The position numbers and the translations under genes are program-made. From positions 1-64,000 of IMG/VR virus record IMGVR_UViG_3300021963_008193: a stretch of DNA of 64,000 bases; one strand, written 5' to 3'. The stretch's first letter is position 1. Each line of letters opens with the position of its first letter. This DNA comes from a virus. Of the stretch, positions 10,223-19,225 are shown in pieces. The notes under the pieces were generated by a model, which saw only the letters and a program-made list of their open reading frames with translations, made no database searches and was not told the DNA's origin.

Positions 10223-10939
10223 ATGATTAAGTTTGGTATATTAAAATCTAAGATAGAAAAAGTGTTATTGGAGTCATATTCTAACAACACAATTAAAGAC
10301 GAATTAAAAAAGTTTAAAACTAATGTTCTTGATAATAAGAACGTTAGTAAACTTTTTTACTTATATGATGAGTTGAATTCTAATAAAGGGTTGAGTGAGT
10401 CTGTAGTAAGTGATTACATTAATGAGTGTACTACTATCTATGAAAATACAGTTAATAAAATCAAACCGAATGAATTCCAAAAGATTAAATCGTGGGTTGG
10501 TAATGTTAAAACAAAAAACAATTACGAAAATGTCGATAACTTATTTTCAACAGACGTTCTAACAATTGAATCAAGATTACAAAGTAGAAAAGTAATTTCA
10601 GAATCATTAAAGAAAAATAAACCACTTGAAAAAGAAGTTGTTAATTTACCGTTAAGTACAATGGTTAATGTTGCTAATAAAACAATTACAACATTTATGG
10701 AGGGGTTAAATGAAACTGAGAAAAAAGAATTAATAAATCTTTTATCTGAAGATGAGTCTAAATTAAAAGATAATTTTGATAATATAAAAAATGACGTTAT
10801 CGTTAAGTTAGAAAACTTAAAAGAACATTCAGATGAGTCTACGTTAATTAGAATTAACGAAACCATCCAAAAAGTAACGTCTGAAAAATACGACAAGTTA
10901 TCCTACTTCAAATTAAAAGGTCTTAAGGACACTCTTTAA
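10223..10939 (+). CDS. Hypothetical protein, possible prohead core component
   Basis: ATG at 10223 (MIKFGILK) downstream of the late motif at 10200-10207; helical, with several L-x-E-S sites. Confidence 0.6.
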   Translation: MIKFGILKSKIEKVLLESYSNNTIKDELKKFKTNVLDNKNVSKLFYLYDELNSNKGLSESVVSDYINECTTIYENTVNKIKPNEFQKIKSWVGNVKTKNNYENVDNLFSTDVLTIESRLQSRKVISESLKKNKPLEKEVVNLPLSTMVNVANKTITTFMEGLNETEKKELINLLSEDESKLKDNFDNIKNDVIVKLENLKEHSDESTLIRINETIQKVTSEKYDKLSYFKLKGLKDTL

Positions 10940-11127
10940 TCTTCGTTTGATTTAAAAGTTTTTTGAACGTAGATTGCTTTATTAATTTCGGCTCTTTTTG
11001 TGACTGAAGGTTTAACAAAGGTTTTACGGTTATTTAACTCAGTCATTTGTCTTGTCTTAATGACTTTACTTTTGTACATTTTTAGGGCTCTTTCGATATT
11101 CCCTTTTTCCACTTTGATTATTAGCAT
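10936..11127 (-). CDS. rpsU: Phage-encoded ribosomal protein bS21
   Basis: MLIIKV..GNIERALK.YK.K..K....EL..RK.FVKPSV.KR..I.KA.Y matches Bacteroidota/Flavobacterium-type bS21. Confidence 0.9.
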   Translation of the reverse strand: MLIIKVEKGNIERALKMYKSKVIKTRQMTELNNRKTFVKPSVTKRAEINKAIYVQKTFKSNED

Positions 11128-11221
11128 ATATTACAAATATCTACCGATTTTGATTTATTTTGACTATTGAAACAAATATACCTATTTTTTTGGAAAATAA
11201 ACTATAAAAATATGGAAATTA

Positions 11222-11677
11222 ATGAAAAAGGGGAAAACCTCACAAATCCAAGGGTTCAAAACGGCTAAAGTCATCTACGGGACTGTAGATTCAATTAACT
11301 TCAGGTCACTCTACTTAAACATTCAAACATGGGTTGAACCATTTAAAGATTCTGAGAATTGGAACAGAGTTGTACTAAATCTCAGTAGACAAATTAAACA
11401 CCTTGTCCATGACAGTTTAGACAGATTATTATTCGATGACAAATTTATTGTTGATTTAGATTTACGTTCAAGTGGATTAACTGTCGGAAAAAAGTCATTT
11501 CTAAATTTAGAAATAAACATTTACCTCAAAGAAACTGAAACGGATTTTAAATCTATCAGATTACGAGATTCACTTAAAAAAATGGCTAAAGACATATTCC
11601 AACAAGGATTTGGTGAGAACGAGTATTTCAAATTTTATTTGAGTAAAAAAGGTAAAACTACCGAAATCTATGAATAA
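11222..11677 (+). CDS. Hypothetical protein
   Basis: 151-aa ORF divergent from rpsU. Confidence 0.7.
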   Translation: MKKGKTSQIQGFKTAKVIYGTVDSINFRSLYLNIQTWVEPFKDSENWNRVVLNLSRQIKHLVHDSLDRLLFDDKFIVDLDLRSSGLTVGKKSFLNLEINIYLKETETDFKSIRLRDSLKKMAKDIFQQGFGENEYFKFYLSKKGKTTEIYE

Positions 11678-11714
11678 ACCAACAATCTTTAATATTTATT
11701 ATTAAAAAATAAAG

Positions 11715-12437
11715 ATGAGTTTACAAGTTTTAAAACCTGGCCAATCGGGTAAGGGAATATTGATAGAATACGATGCGGGATACGTATCACCAACAACGGA
11801 GAACAATTCATACATTATGGAATCTAAAACTATGTTAGACCATTCCAAACCGTTTGAGTTTTATGCCGTACTACAAAAATATAATACCCCAAACAGAAAT
11901 GGTAGAATATACCCTGAACGTATATTAAAAAGAGAAGCGGATAATTATAAAAAAATGATTGAGAAGGGGACTTCATTGTCAGAGTTAAATCACCCTGAAT
12001 CTTCATTGATTGATTTAGATAGAGTTTCTCATATTATCACAGAAGTTTGGTGGGACGGACCAACATTAATGGGTAAGTTAAAATTACTTACAAGTCCAGG
12101 ATTCCATGAGAGAGGTATTGTATCAACTAAAGGTGATATGGCGGCAAACTATTTAAGACAAGGTGTAACACTTGGTATCTCATCAAGAGGAGTTGGTTCA
12201 CTAAAAAAAGTAGGGGAACAAAATGAAGTACAGGATGATTTTGAATTAATTTGTTTCGACTTAGTTTCTTCACCTTCGACACCAGGAGCGTATCTTTTCT
12301 TAAATCCTGAAGATAAAAACAACTTTGAGGAGAATCTTGAAGAGGAAAAGAAAATGTCGGTTGAAAGAAATGTTGGAGCGTCGGGAAACAAATCACTTGA
12401 CTTAATGAAGAAATTATCCGATTATTTAGGATATTAA
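11715..12437 (+). CDS. Prohead core protease (T4 gp21-like)
   Basis: NRNGRIYP...SELNHPE...LDRVSHII...GKLKLL...LGISSRGVGSL...DDFEL..FDLVSSPSTPGA. Confidence 0.95.
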   Translation: MSLQVLKPGQSGKGILIEYDAGYVSPTTENNSYIMESKTMLDHSKPFEFYAVLQKYNTPNRNGRIYPERILKREADNYKKMIEKGTSLSELNHPESSLIDLDRVSHIITEVWWDGPTLMGKLKLLTSPGFHERGIVSTKGDMAANYLRQGVTLGISSRGVGSLKKVGEQNEVQDDFELICFDLVSSPSTPGAYLFLNPEDKNNFEENLEEEKKMSVERNVGASGNKSLDLMKKLSDYLGY

Positions 12438-12450
12438 ACAAAAAAACATT

Positions 12451-12663
12451 ATGGACGAAAAGTATTTTATTGCAAAAGTAACAATTGACTCAGTTGATTC
12501 TGAATCAGGAAAAGTTAAAAAATTAAGAGAGGAAAAATTAGTTAGAGGATATAGCCCGACAGATGTTGAGGCAAAAGTAACTAAGGTTTTTGAAACGTAT
12601 TCTCAAGATTGGAGAATTACGGCAATTGTTGAAAGTAAAATTGATGAAGTGATAGAAGATTAA
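12451..12663 (+). CDS. DUF4494-like small protein (Bacteroidota family)
   Basis: YFIAKV......GKVKKLREE.LV.GYS.TDVEAKV......WRITAIVESKI.EV resembles a DUF4494 half-repeat. Confidence 0.55.
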   Translation: MDEKYFIAKVTIDSVDSESGKVKKLREEKLVRGYSPTDVEAKVTKVFETYSQDWRITAIVESKIDEVIED

Positions 12664-12682
12664 AAATTTCAATAATTAAATT

Positions 12683-12712
12683 AAAAGGAGACTCAAAAGG
12701 TCTCCTTTTTTT
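12683..12712 (+). terminator. Rho-independent terminator
   Basis: AAAAGGAGAC-TCAAAAG-GTCTCCTTTTTTT. Confidence 0.85.
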
Positions 12713-12727
12713 ATTTTTCTCATTTTG

Positions 12728-12808
12728 GGTAATATTTATTAAGGAATAAATAATCCACTGTCAAATTAGTTTTATTTAAACTTTTTTGGTAAATGGTAAT
12801 ATTTATTA
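12728..12808 (+). promoter_or_regulatory. Tandem late-promoter motifs (GGTAATATTTATTA x2) ahead of the scaffold-capsid operon
   Basis: Identical 14-mer at 12728-12741 and 12795-12808. Confidence 0.7.
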
Positions 12809-12827
12809 TAAAAATATAAAACGCAAA

Positions 12828-14405
12828 ATGGCAAAAGAAAAATCATTAGTAGAAGATGCAATCATTCAAATGAAAAATTTGGAGGAAGCGGTTGCCGAAA
12901 ATGCAAAAGGAATACTTGCTTCAACAATGAAACAAGAAATCAAAGAATTGGTAAAAGAATCTCTATTCGAACAAGAAGATGAAGATGAGATTGACGCAGA
13001 TGTTGATGCTGACATGGAAGACATGGACGCTGAGGCAGATAACCAAGATATGGACGTTGAAGATGACATGGACATGGACCCTGAAATGATGGGTGATGAC
13101 ATGGAAGAACCAATTGACTTAACTGGCAAATCAGACGAAGAAGTTCTTCGTGTATTTCAGTTGATGGGTCCTGAGGATAATATCGTAGTAACAAAAGATA
13201 CTAACGGTAACATTAACCTTAAAGACAACGAAGCTAATAAAGAATACATGATTGTTGGTGAAAGCGAAGAGGAAATGGAATTTAATGAAATGTGGGATGA
13301 GGAAGAAGAAGAAGACTTCTCATTTGACGATGAAGATGAATCTATTGACGAAATTGTTTCTAAAGTTTTTGGCGAGGACGACTCTGAAGAAATGGACATG
13401 GACATGATGGAAGAAGATGAAATGGACATGGAAGACATGATGGAACAAGAAGATGATGAATTAATGGGTGACGCTGATATCGACAGTGAAGAAGAAATCG
13501 TTTACGAAATTTCTTTTGACGATGATGAAGCAGAATTAGACGAATGGGGACATTCTGAAAACCAATTCATGAAACATCACTTTAACATGGATGACGAAGA
13601 AGACATGGATGACGAAGAAGAAATGGATTTTTCATTTGATGATGAAGAAGATATGGACGAAGAAGACATGGATTTTGAAGCAATGATGGAATCTAAAAAG
13701 TCAATCAAACCAAAAGGAGTTGGAATGGGAAAAGGTCCTAACGTAAAAGTTTACCACGAAAAACCAAATCAAGGAACAGGTTTCAAAACAAAAATGAAAC
13801 AAGGTCCAAAATCGGTTGGAACAGGTAAAGCGAAATTTGAATATAAAGAAGGTGAAAACTCAGGTGACAAACTTGGAAAAAACAAGATGGTCAAAAAAGT
13901 TGAAACCAAAGAAGGAGTTAGAACATTAGGTGCAGGAAGTAGAGCAGGAAGAAAAGGTGGTTTACCAAAACCAAGAGCAGGTTCTGCATTTAACACGGCA
14001 CTTAAAGAAAGTAACTCAAGAGAATTACAAGTTCTTAGAGAAAAGAATGAAGAATACAGAAAAGCGTTAAACATCTTCAGAAATAAATTGAATGAGGTTG
14101 CGGTATTCAACTCAAACTTAGCATACGCTACACGTTTGTTTACAGAACACTCAACATCTAAACAAGAAAAAATCAATATATTAAGAAGATTTGACGGTGT
14201 AGAAACAATCAAAGAATCTAAAGGACTATACAAAGTCATTAAAGATGAACTTTCAACTACAACAAGTCAACCAATGAATGAGTCATTTGAACGTAAAATC
14301 CAAAGCGTTCCTACAACAGGTTCGGCAGTTAACTTAATTGAGTCAAAAACATATGAAAATCCTCAATTCCTTAGAATGAAAGATTTAATGGCTAAAATTA
14401 AATAA
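12828..14405 (+). CDS. Prohead scaffolding protein (T4 gp22-like)
   Basis: Very acidic central region and coiled-coil C-terminus; lies between protease and MCP; ATG at 12828 (MAKEKS). Confidence 0.8.
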   Translation: MAKEKSLVEDAIIQMKNLEEAVAENAKGILASTMKQEIKELVKESLFEQEDEDEIDADVDADMEDMDAEADNQDMDVEDDMDMDPEMMGDDMEEPIDLTGKSDEEVLRVFQLMGPEDNIVVTKDTNGNINLKDNEANKEYMIVGESEEEMEFNEMWDEEEEEDFSFDDEDESIDEIVSKVFGEDDSEEMDMDMMEEDEMDMEDMMEQEDDELMGDADIDSEEEIVYEISFDDDEAELDEWGHSENQFMKHHFNMDDEEDMDDEEEMDFSFDDEEDMDEEDMDFEAMMESKKSIKPKGVGMGKGPNVKVYHEKPNQGTGFKTKMKQGPKSVGTGKAKFEYKEGENSGDKLGKNKMVKKVETKEGVRTLGAGSRAGRKGGLPKPRAGSAFNTALKESNSRELQVLREKNEEYRKALNIFRNKLNEVAVFNSNLAYATRLFTEHSTSKQEKINILRRFDGVETIKESKGLYKVIKDELSTTTSQPMNESFERKIQSVPTTGSAVNLIESKTYENPQFLRMKDLMAKIK

Positions 14406-14438
14406 AAAATAAACTAAAAACAAATAAAAAACCAAAAA

Positions 14439-16340
14439 ATGGGAGCATTATTAGAATCAGGTCTTGTTGGTAACATCGGGTTAAAACACCTTAAAGTTAT
14501 CAAAGAAGATACTATCAACAAATGGGATAAATTAGGATTCCTTGAAGGTCTTAGAGGCCACCTAAAAGAAAACGTAGCACAGTTGTATGAAAACCAAGCG
14601 TCTTTCTTAATCAACGAGGCTACATCAGAAGGGTCATCAGGTTCTTTCGAAACTGTTGTATTCCCTATCGTTAGACGTGTATTCTCTAAATTATTAGCGA
14701 ACGACATCGTATCTGTACAAGCTATGAACTTACCTATCGGTAAATTGTTCTACTTCGTACCTAAAATCCAAGGTTATAATGGAGGTCAAGTTCAAGGACC
14801 AGCAAATGATTACGCAGGTGAATCAGGAGCACATTACGCACCAATTGGAGCACCTAATGGACCAACTGCTGCAGATGGTCAAGCAGGTATTGGTTACGGT
14901 CAAAACTCAACTTACGGTAAGAAAAATCTTTATGATTTATTTTACGAAGGTAACGAAGGTCAATTAGACCCTCCAGGATTATTTGATTACTCTAAAGGTC
15001 AATGGTCAGCAATGACAGTTGATACAACTTTACAAGTTTGGTCAAATGGTAGTTTACAAGACTCTAACGGAACCGATTTTGATAATCAAAACGTTAGAAA
15101 AGTAATTATCTCTATGTGTGGATTCGCATCTGCAGGTTCAGGTAAATTAATCGGACCTGATGGTAATGAGTATGACTCAGAAACTTTCTTAGCTGATTTA
15201 AGAATTTATGCTAACGGTACTGCTAATGATGGTACTTGGTCAGCTGACACAGGATGTCAAGTTGCATTTGGTGCACAAGGTCCAAATTCATTATTGTTTA
15301 GAGTTGTTACTCAACAATACGGACAAGGAATCGTTAATGGTTTAAATAATAGAGCTCAAGCACCTTGGCCTACTAACGGTGGTAACATCGAAGGTGGTGG
15401 TAACGGTGGTTACTTTAACGACATCTGTTCACCAACAGGTTGTATCTATTTAGAAGTTGACTTATCATGTCCAGTATGTGCTGATTGTGGTGGTGGTACT
15501 TTAGATGGTTACACAGGAACTACACTTGGTGCTAATGTTGACCCTAACGCGTTCTCTGCAGTATTTAGACGTTACAAAGAATTAGAATTTGAAGACAAAA
15601 TCGGTGAGGTTTCTTTCGAATTGGATTCTGTAACAGTTTCTGTAACTGAAAGAAAATTAAGAGCACAATGGTCTCCTGAGTTAGCTCAAGACGTTGCGGC
15701 TTTCCATAACATCGACGCTGAGGCTGAGTTAACTGCATTGTTATCTGAGCAAGTTGCAGCTGAGATTGACCGTGAAATTTTACGTGACTTACGTAAAGGA
15801 GCGGCTTGGAATTTACGTTGGGACTACAACGGATGGAGAAGAATCCAAAACACAACTAACTACACTCAAAAAGATTGGAACCAAACATTGATTACTGCAA
15901 TCAATCAGTTGTCAGCACAAATCCACAAATCTACTTTAAGAGGTGGAGCTAACTGGATTGTTGTTTCTTCTGAGGTTTCTGCAATCTTTGATGATTTAGA
16001 ATACTTCCACGTATCTAACGCGTCTCCTGAGCAAGACCAATACAACATGGGTATTGAAAGAGTTGGTACATTAGCTGGTCGTTACCAAGTTTACCGTGAC
16101 CCTTACTTCCCACCAAACCAAGTTTTGATTGGACACAAAGGAACGTCATTGTTAGACACAGGTTACATCTACGCACCATACGTACCATTACAATTAACAC
16201 CTACAATGTATAACCCATTCAACTTCACACCTATCAAAGGTATTATGACAAGATACGCTAAGAAAATGGTTAATAACCGTTTCTACGGACGTATCACTGT
16301 TGATGGAGTACGTACATTTGATTTAAGAGAATTGAGATAA
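14439..16340 (+). CDS. Major capsid protein (T4 gp23-like)
   Basis: PIVRRVF..L.ANDIVSVQAM..P.G.LF, RKLRAQWSPELAQD..AFH.IDAEAEL..LLSEQVAAEIDREIL, YAPYVPL, F.PIKGIMTRYA. Confidence 0.97.
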   Translation: MGALLESGLVGNIGLKHLKVIKEDTINKWDKLGFLEGLRGHLKENVAQLYENQASFLINEATSEGSSGSFETVVFPIVRRVFSKLLANDIVSVQAMNLPIGKLFYFVPKIQGYNGGQVQGPANDYAGESGAHYAPIGAPNGPTAADGQAGIGYGQNSTYGKKNLYDLFYEGNEGQLDPPGLFDYSKGQWSAMTVDTTLQVWSNGSLQDSNGTDFDNQNVRKVIISMCGFASAGSGKLIGPDGNEYDSETFLADLRIYANGTANDGTWSADTGCQVAFGAQGPNSLLFRVVTQQYGQGIVNGLNNRAQAPWPTNGGNIEGGGNGGYFNDICSPTGCIYLEVDLSCPVCADCGGGTLDGYTGTTLGANVDPNAFSAVFRRYKELEFEDKIGEVSFELDSVTVSVTERKLRAQWSPELAQDVAAFHNIDAEAELTALLSEQVAAEIDREILRDLRKGAAWNLRWDYNGWRRIQNTTNYTQKDWNQTLITAINQLSAQIHKSTLRGGANWIVVSSEVSAIFDDLEYFHVSNASPEQDQYNMGIERVGTLAGRYQVYRDPYFPPNQVLIGHKGTSLLDTGYIYAPYVPLQLTPTMYNPFNFTPIKGIMTRYAKKMVNNRFYGRITVDGVRTFDLRELR

Positions 16341-16362
16341 TCAACAACTTAAAATAACCCTC

Positions 16363-16393
16363 AAAAGGAGACAAGAAATTGTCTCCTTTTTTT
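16363..16393 (+). terminator. Rho-independent terminator after MCP
   Basis: AAAAGGAGACAA-GAAA-TTGTCTCCTTTTTTT. Confidence 0.9.
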
Positions 16394-16506
16394 ATTTCAT
16401 ATGTTTTGCTAATTAAATGGTTAGATTTATTCATAACAATATTTATTTTATGGTTAACTATCGTCAATATTATGTTGTTAAATAATACTTATTAAAAAAG
16501 TCATTT

Positions 16507-18642
16507 ATGAAAAAAATACTAATCTTATTATCATTTCTAATTACCTCATCAATATTCTCACAGGTTAGTTACTACACATTTAGTGAAACTACGGGTACAT
16601 ACACATCAATAGTTGCTGGTACACAATTAGTAACAACTACAGGGGGTGCAACCGCTTATGATACTGACGGTAGTTATTTCACCCTACCCGTAGGTTCCCA
16701 ATTTATATTTAATGGTACAACTATAACATCAGTTAATATGACCGCCGATGGTTCGGTTTGGTTAAATCCAAATACTACAACAACAGGTAATAATGTTACA
16801 GGACCAATATCCTCTGCAGGAGTTGCTTCAGGAGTAATATCTGCGATGGGTATGGATTTAAGAAGTACCGCGATTTCAAGTCAAGTATATGAAAGAAGAT
16901 GGCAAGATAACGGTACTGAAGTTATATTCCAATGGCAAAATGTTGCTAGATACTCAACAACAACACCCTTTGTACAAAATGAAAGATTCTCATTTCAAGT
17001 AAGGGTAAATAAATCTACAGGGGTTGTTCGTATCATTTATGGTAATATGACCACAATTACTAGTAGTACTCAATATACACCTATGGTTGGTTTAAGAGGG
17101 TCTGTAAATACTGATTTTAATAATAGAAGATTAACAAATGCAATTCCTGATGCAACACCAAATTGGGGAGCACCGAATGGAACAACTGCAGGTACATCAA
17201 ACGCACATACGGTTAGATTTACATCAACAGGGACCTGTTACCCAACTTCGGGATTAACATTTATATGGACACCACCTGCGGTTCCATCAAATGACGCTTG
17301 TTCTAACGCCTCATTATTAACATTACAATGTCCTGGTTCCACCACAGGAACTATTGGGACGACTATCGGTTCTATAACTACTGATGGGTTACCAAATCCT
17401 TCTTGTGATGCCACAGGAACTATTAGAGATGTGTGGTATTATTTTAATACGGGAAATAATACTGAAATGAACCTTTATGCGTCATTAGGGACCTCAACAT
17501 GGATTGGTGTTGAAATTTATACTACTTGTGGTACATTGGCAACAGGATTAAATACTACATGTGATTTTAATTTAATTTCACCAAATCCAACAAATATAAC
17601 AGGTCTTTTAATGAATACAACATATCGTTTAAGAATTTTTACAAATGTGTCATATGACACTCCAGGAACTTTTACAATATATTTAAATACTGTAAATAAT
17701 ACATCAACACTTTCTTCAATAACAGGAACTGATAACCAAACTGTTTGTCAAAACACTTCAATAACTAATATTACTTATAACACAAAAGGTGCGACAGGTT
17801 CTACCTTTTCAGGATTACCAACGGGAGTGTCGGGAAGTTGGAATAGTAATGTAGTAACGATTACGGGAACTCCATTAGTTTCAGGTACGTTTAATTATGT
17901 TATAACTCTTACGGGTGGTTGCGGTACAGTCACATCAAATGGTGCTATAACCGTCAATCCTACAGTTGTAACTATTTCATCAATAACAGGTAATCCAAAC
18001 ATAATTGCAGGTACAACTGAAAATTACTCAATACCGTCAGACCCAAATGCAACAACATATCAATGGGATTATAGGGAAAGTAGTACATCAAGTTGGGTCA
18101 CTAATGTTTCAAACACTAACTCAGTAAGTATTACTTGGCCAACAACAACAACTGATGGTGAAGTTAAGATTACAGTGTCAAATAGTTGTAATACGGTAAA
18201 TAAAAATTTGTTAATCCATGTTGACGGTATCCTACCTGTTGAATTACTGTATTTTGAAGGTAAACCCGTTTCAAATACTAACTACTTATATTGGTCAACC
18301 GCGTCAGAACATAACTCAGATTATTTTGAAATTCTACACAGTGTGAATGGTGAAGTATGGGAATCTATTGGACAAATTACTTCATCAGGTAATTCAACAA
18401 TCAAAAACGACTATCACTATTATCATAACTCACCCGAACACGTATTTAATTATTACATATTAAAACAAGTTGATTATGATGGTGTGTATAAAACCTATAA
18501 TCCAATTGTGATTAATAACAGAATTAAAGACAAAAAAATTATAAAGTACACTAACATCCTTGGACAAGAAGTGGGACCAAATGAAAATGGTGTTATTTTT
18601 ATCACTTATGAGGATAATTCAGTGATAAAAACCGTAAAATAA
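16507..18642 (+). CDS. Secreted Bacteroidota-type surface protein (Sec signal, Ig/PKD-like domains, T9SS-cargo-like C-terminus)
   Basis: Signal peptide MKKILILLSFLITSSIFS|Q; PSNDAC..A..L motif; LPVELLYFEG...WSTASEHNSDYFEI..S..G...YY.LKQVDYDG; C-terminal IIKYTNILGQEV...GVIFITYED.S..K. Confidence 0.75.
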   Translation: MKKILILLSFLITSSIFSQVSYYTFSETTGTYTSIVAGTQLVTTTGGATAYDTDGSYFTLPVGSQFIFNGTTITSVNMTADGSVWLNPNTTTTGNNVTGPISSAGVASGVISAMGMDLRSTAISSQVYERRWQDNGTEVIFQWQNVARYSTTTPFVQNERFSFQVRVNKSTGVVRIIYGNMTTITSSTQYTPMVGLRGSVNTDFNNRRLTNAIPDATPNWGAPNGTTAGTSNAHTVRFTSTGTCYPTSGLTFIWTPPAVPSNDACSNASLLTLQCPGSTTGTIGTTIGSITTDGLPNPSCDATGTIRDVWYYFNTGNNTEMNLYASLGTSTWIGVEIYTTCGTLATGLNTTCDFNLISPNPTNITGLLMNTTYRLRIFTNVSYDTPGTFTIYLNTVNNTSTLSSITGTDNQTVCQNTSITNITYNTKGATGSTFSGLPTGVSGSWNSNVVTITGTPLVSGTFNYVITLTGGCGTVTSNGAITVNPTVVTISSITGNPNIIAGTTENYSIPSDPNATTYQWDYRESSTSSWVTNVSNTNSVSITWPTTTTDGEVKITVSNSCNTVNKNLLIHVDGILPVELLYFEGKPVSNTNYLYWSTASEHNSDYFEILHSVNGEVWESIGQITSSGNSTIKNDYHYYHNSPEHVFNYYILKQVDYDGVYKTYNPIVINNRIKDKKIIKYTNILGQEVGPNENGVIFITYEDNSVIKTVK

Positions 18643-18656
18643 AAGTATTTATATGT

Positions 18657-19073
18657 ATGAATACTTTAAGAGGATTAATTAAGGAAAATCTTTTATTAGA
18701 AAAACGAATTGGGCAAATCTCGGCCAATTTTGAGATTGTGTTTGGTTTTGATGTAATTACCACTAAACATTCTAAAGATAGAAGTGGTGGTAGAGAAGAA
18801 CTCGAGGGATACAACCAAAGACCTGTCGATAATAAAGAAATTGTTGAGGTTCTTAATATGTTCAAGAAAGACATTGCCGAAAAAATTATCATGGGAGAAA
18901 TAAAAGACCAAGAAAATTTTGTGGTAATTTCAAATCAATGGGAATTAGCCATGGCAATTATCCCTGAAAAAGAATCGAACACTTATTGGAAATTAATAGT
19001 TAGAACAGTATTTAGACAATCAGATACTCATAAGTTCTTATATGGAAGAAACCAAGTGGTTTTGGAAAAATAA
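18657..19073 (+). CDS. Hypothetical protein, RelE/BECR-like RNase fold suspected
   Basis: TKHSKDR...R near the N-terminus and LIVRTVF near the C-terminus resemble BECR toxins; leader MNTLRGLIKENLLLE. Confidence 0.45.
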   Translation: MNTLRGLIKENLLLEKRIGQISANFEIVFGFDVITTKHSKDRSGGREELEGYNQRPVDNKEIVEVLNMFKKDIAEKIIMGEIKDQENFVVISNQWELAMAIIPEKESNTYWKLIVRTVFRQSDTHKFLYGRNQVVLEK

Positions 19074-19150
19074 ATGAGGGTTGTATCTAAATCGTTGCCT
19101 CCCCCATTTCCTGTAATTAATTGTATCTAAATCGTTACCTTCAATCACAG
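19066..19150 (-). ncRNA. Putative small RNA with two stem-loops carrying the same 20-nt loop
   Basis: Minus strand: CUGUGAUUGA[AGGUAACGAUUUAGAUACAA]UUAAUUACAG G AAAUGGGGG[AGGCAACGAUUUAGAUACAA]CCCUCAUUU AUUUUU. Stems pair fully only with G-U wobbles; consensus promoter directly upstream. Confidence 0.65.
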
Positions 19151-19152
19151 TA

Positions 19153-19183
19153 CAAAGATACACATTTTTCGGACATTTACAAA
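19153..19183 (-). promoter_or_regulatory. Bacteroidota primary-sigma promoter (-33 TTTG, 19-nt spacer, -7 TATCTTTG)
   Basis: Minus strand TTTG-taaatgtccgaaaaatgtg-TATCTTTG is an exact match to TTTG-N19-21-TAnnTTTG. Confidence 0.75.
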
Positions 19184-19225
19184 CTTTTTTTATCTAATTC
19201 GGGATATTTATATAAAAAAGTTAAA

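Noticed and set aside
12866-14707. Ser-rich antisense ORFs over the scaffold and MCP genes
   Set aside because: They are antisense shadows of GAA/GAT-rich highly expressed genes, with no independent signals.
19081-19140. 20-bp repeat / 20-bp spacer as a mini-CRISPR array
   Set aside because: Only two short copies, no cas genes in the window, and the 'spacer' is fully explained as the stem arms of two hairpins.
19121-19225. N-terminal extension of ORF 19121-19750 from a TTG start
   Set aside because: It overlaps the sRNA and promoter elements. The late box at 19205 and the leader motif support ATG 19226.
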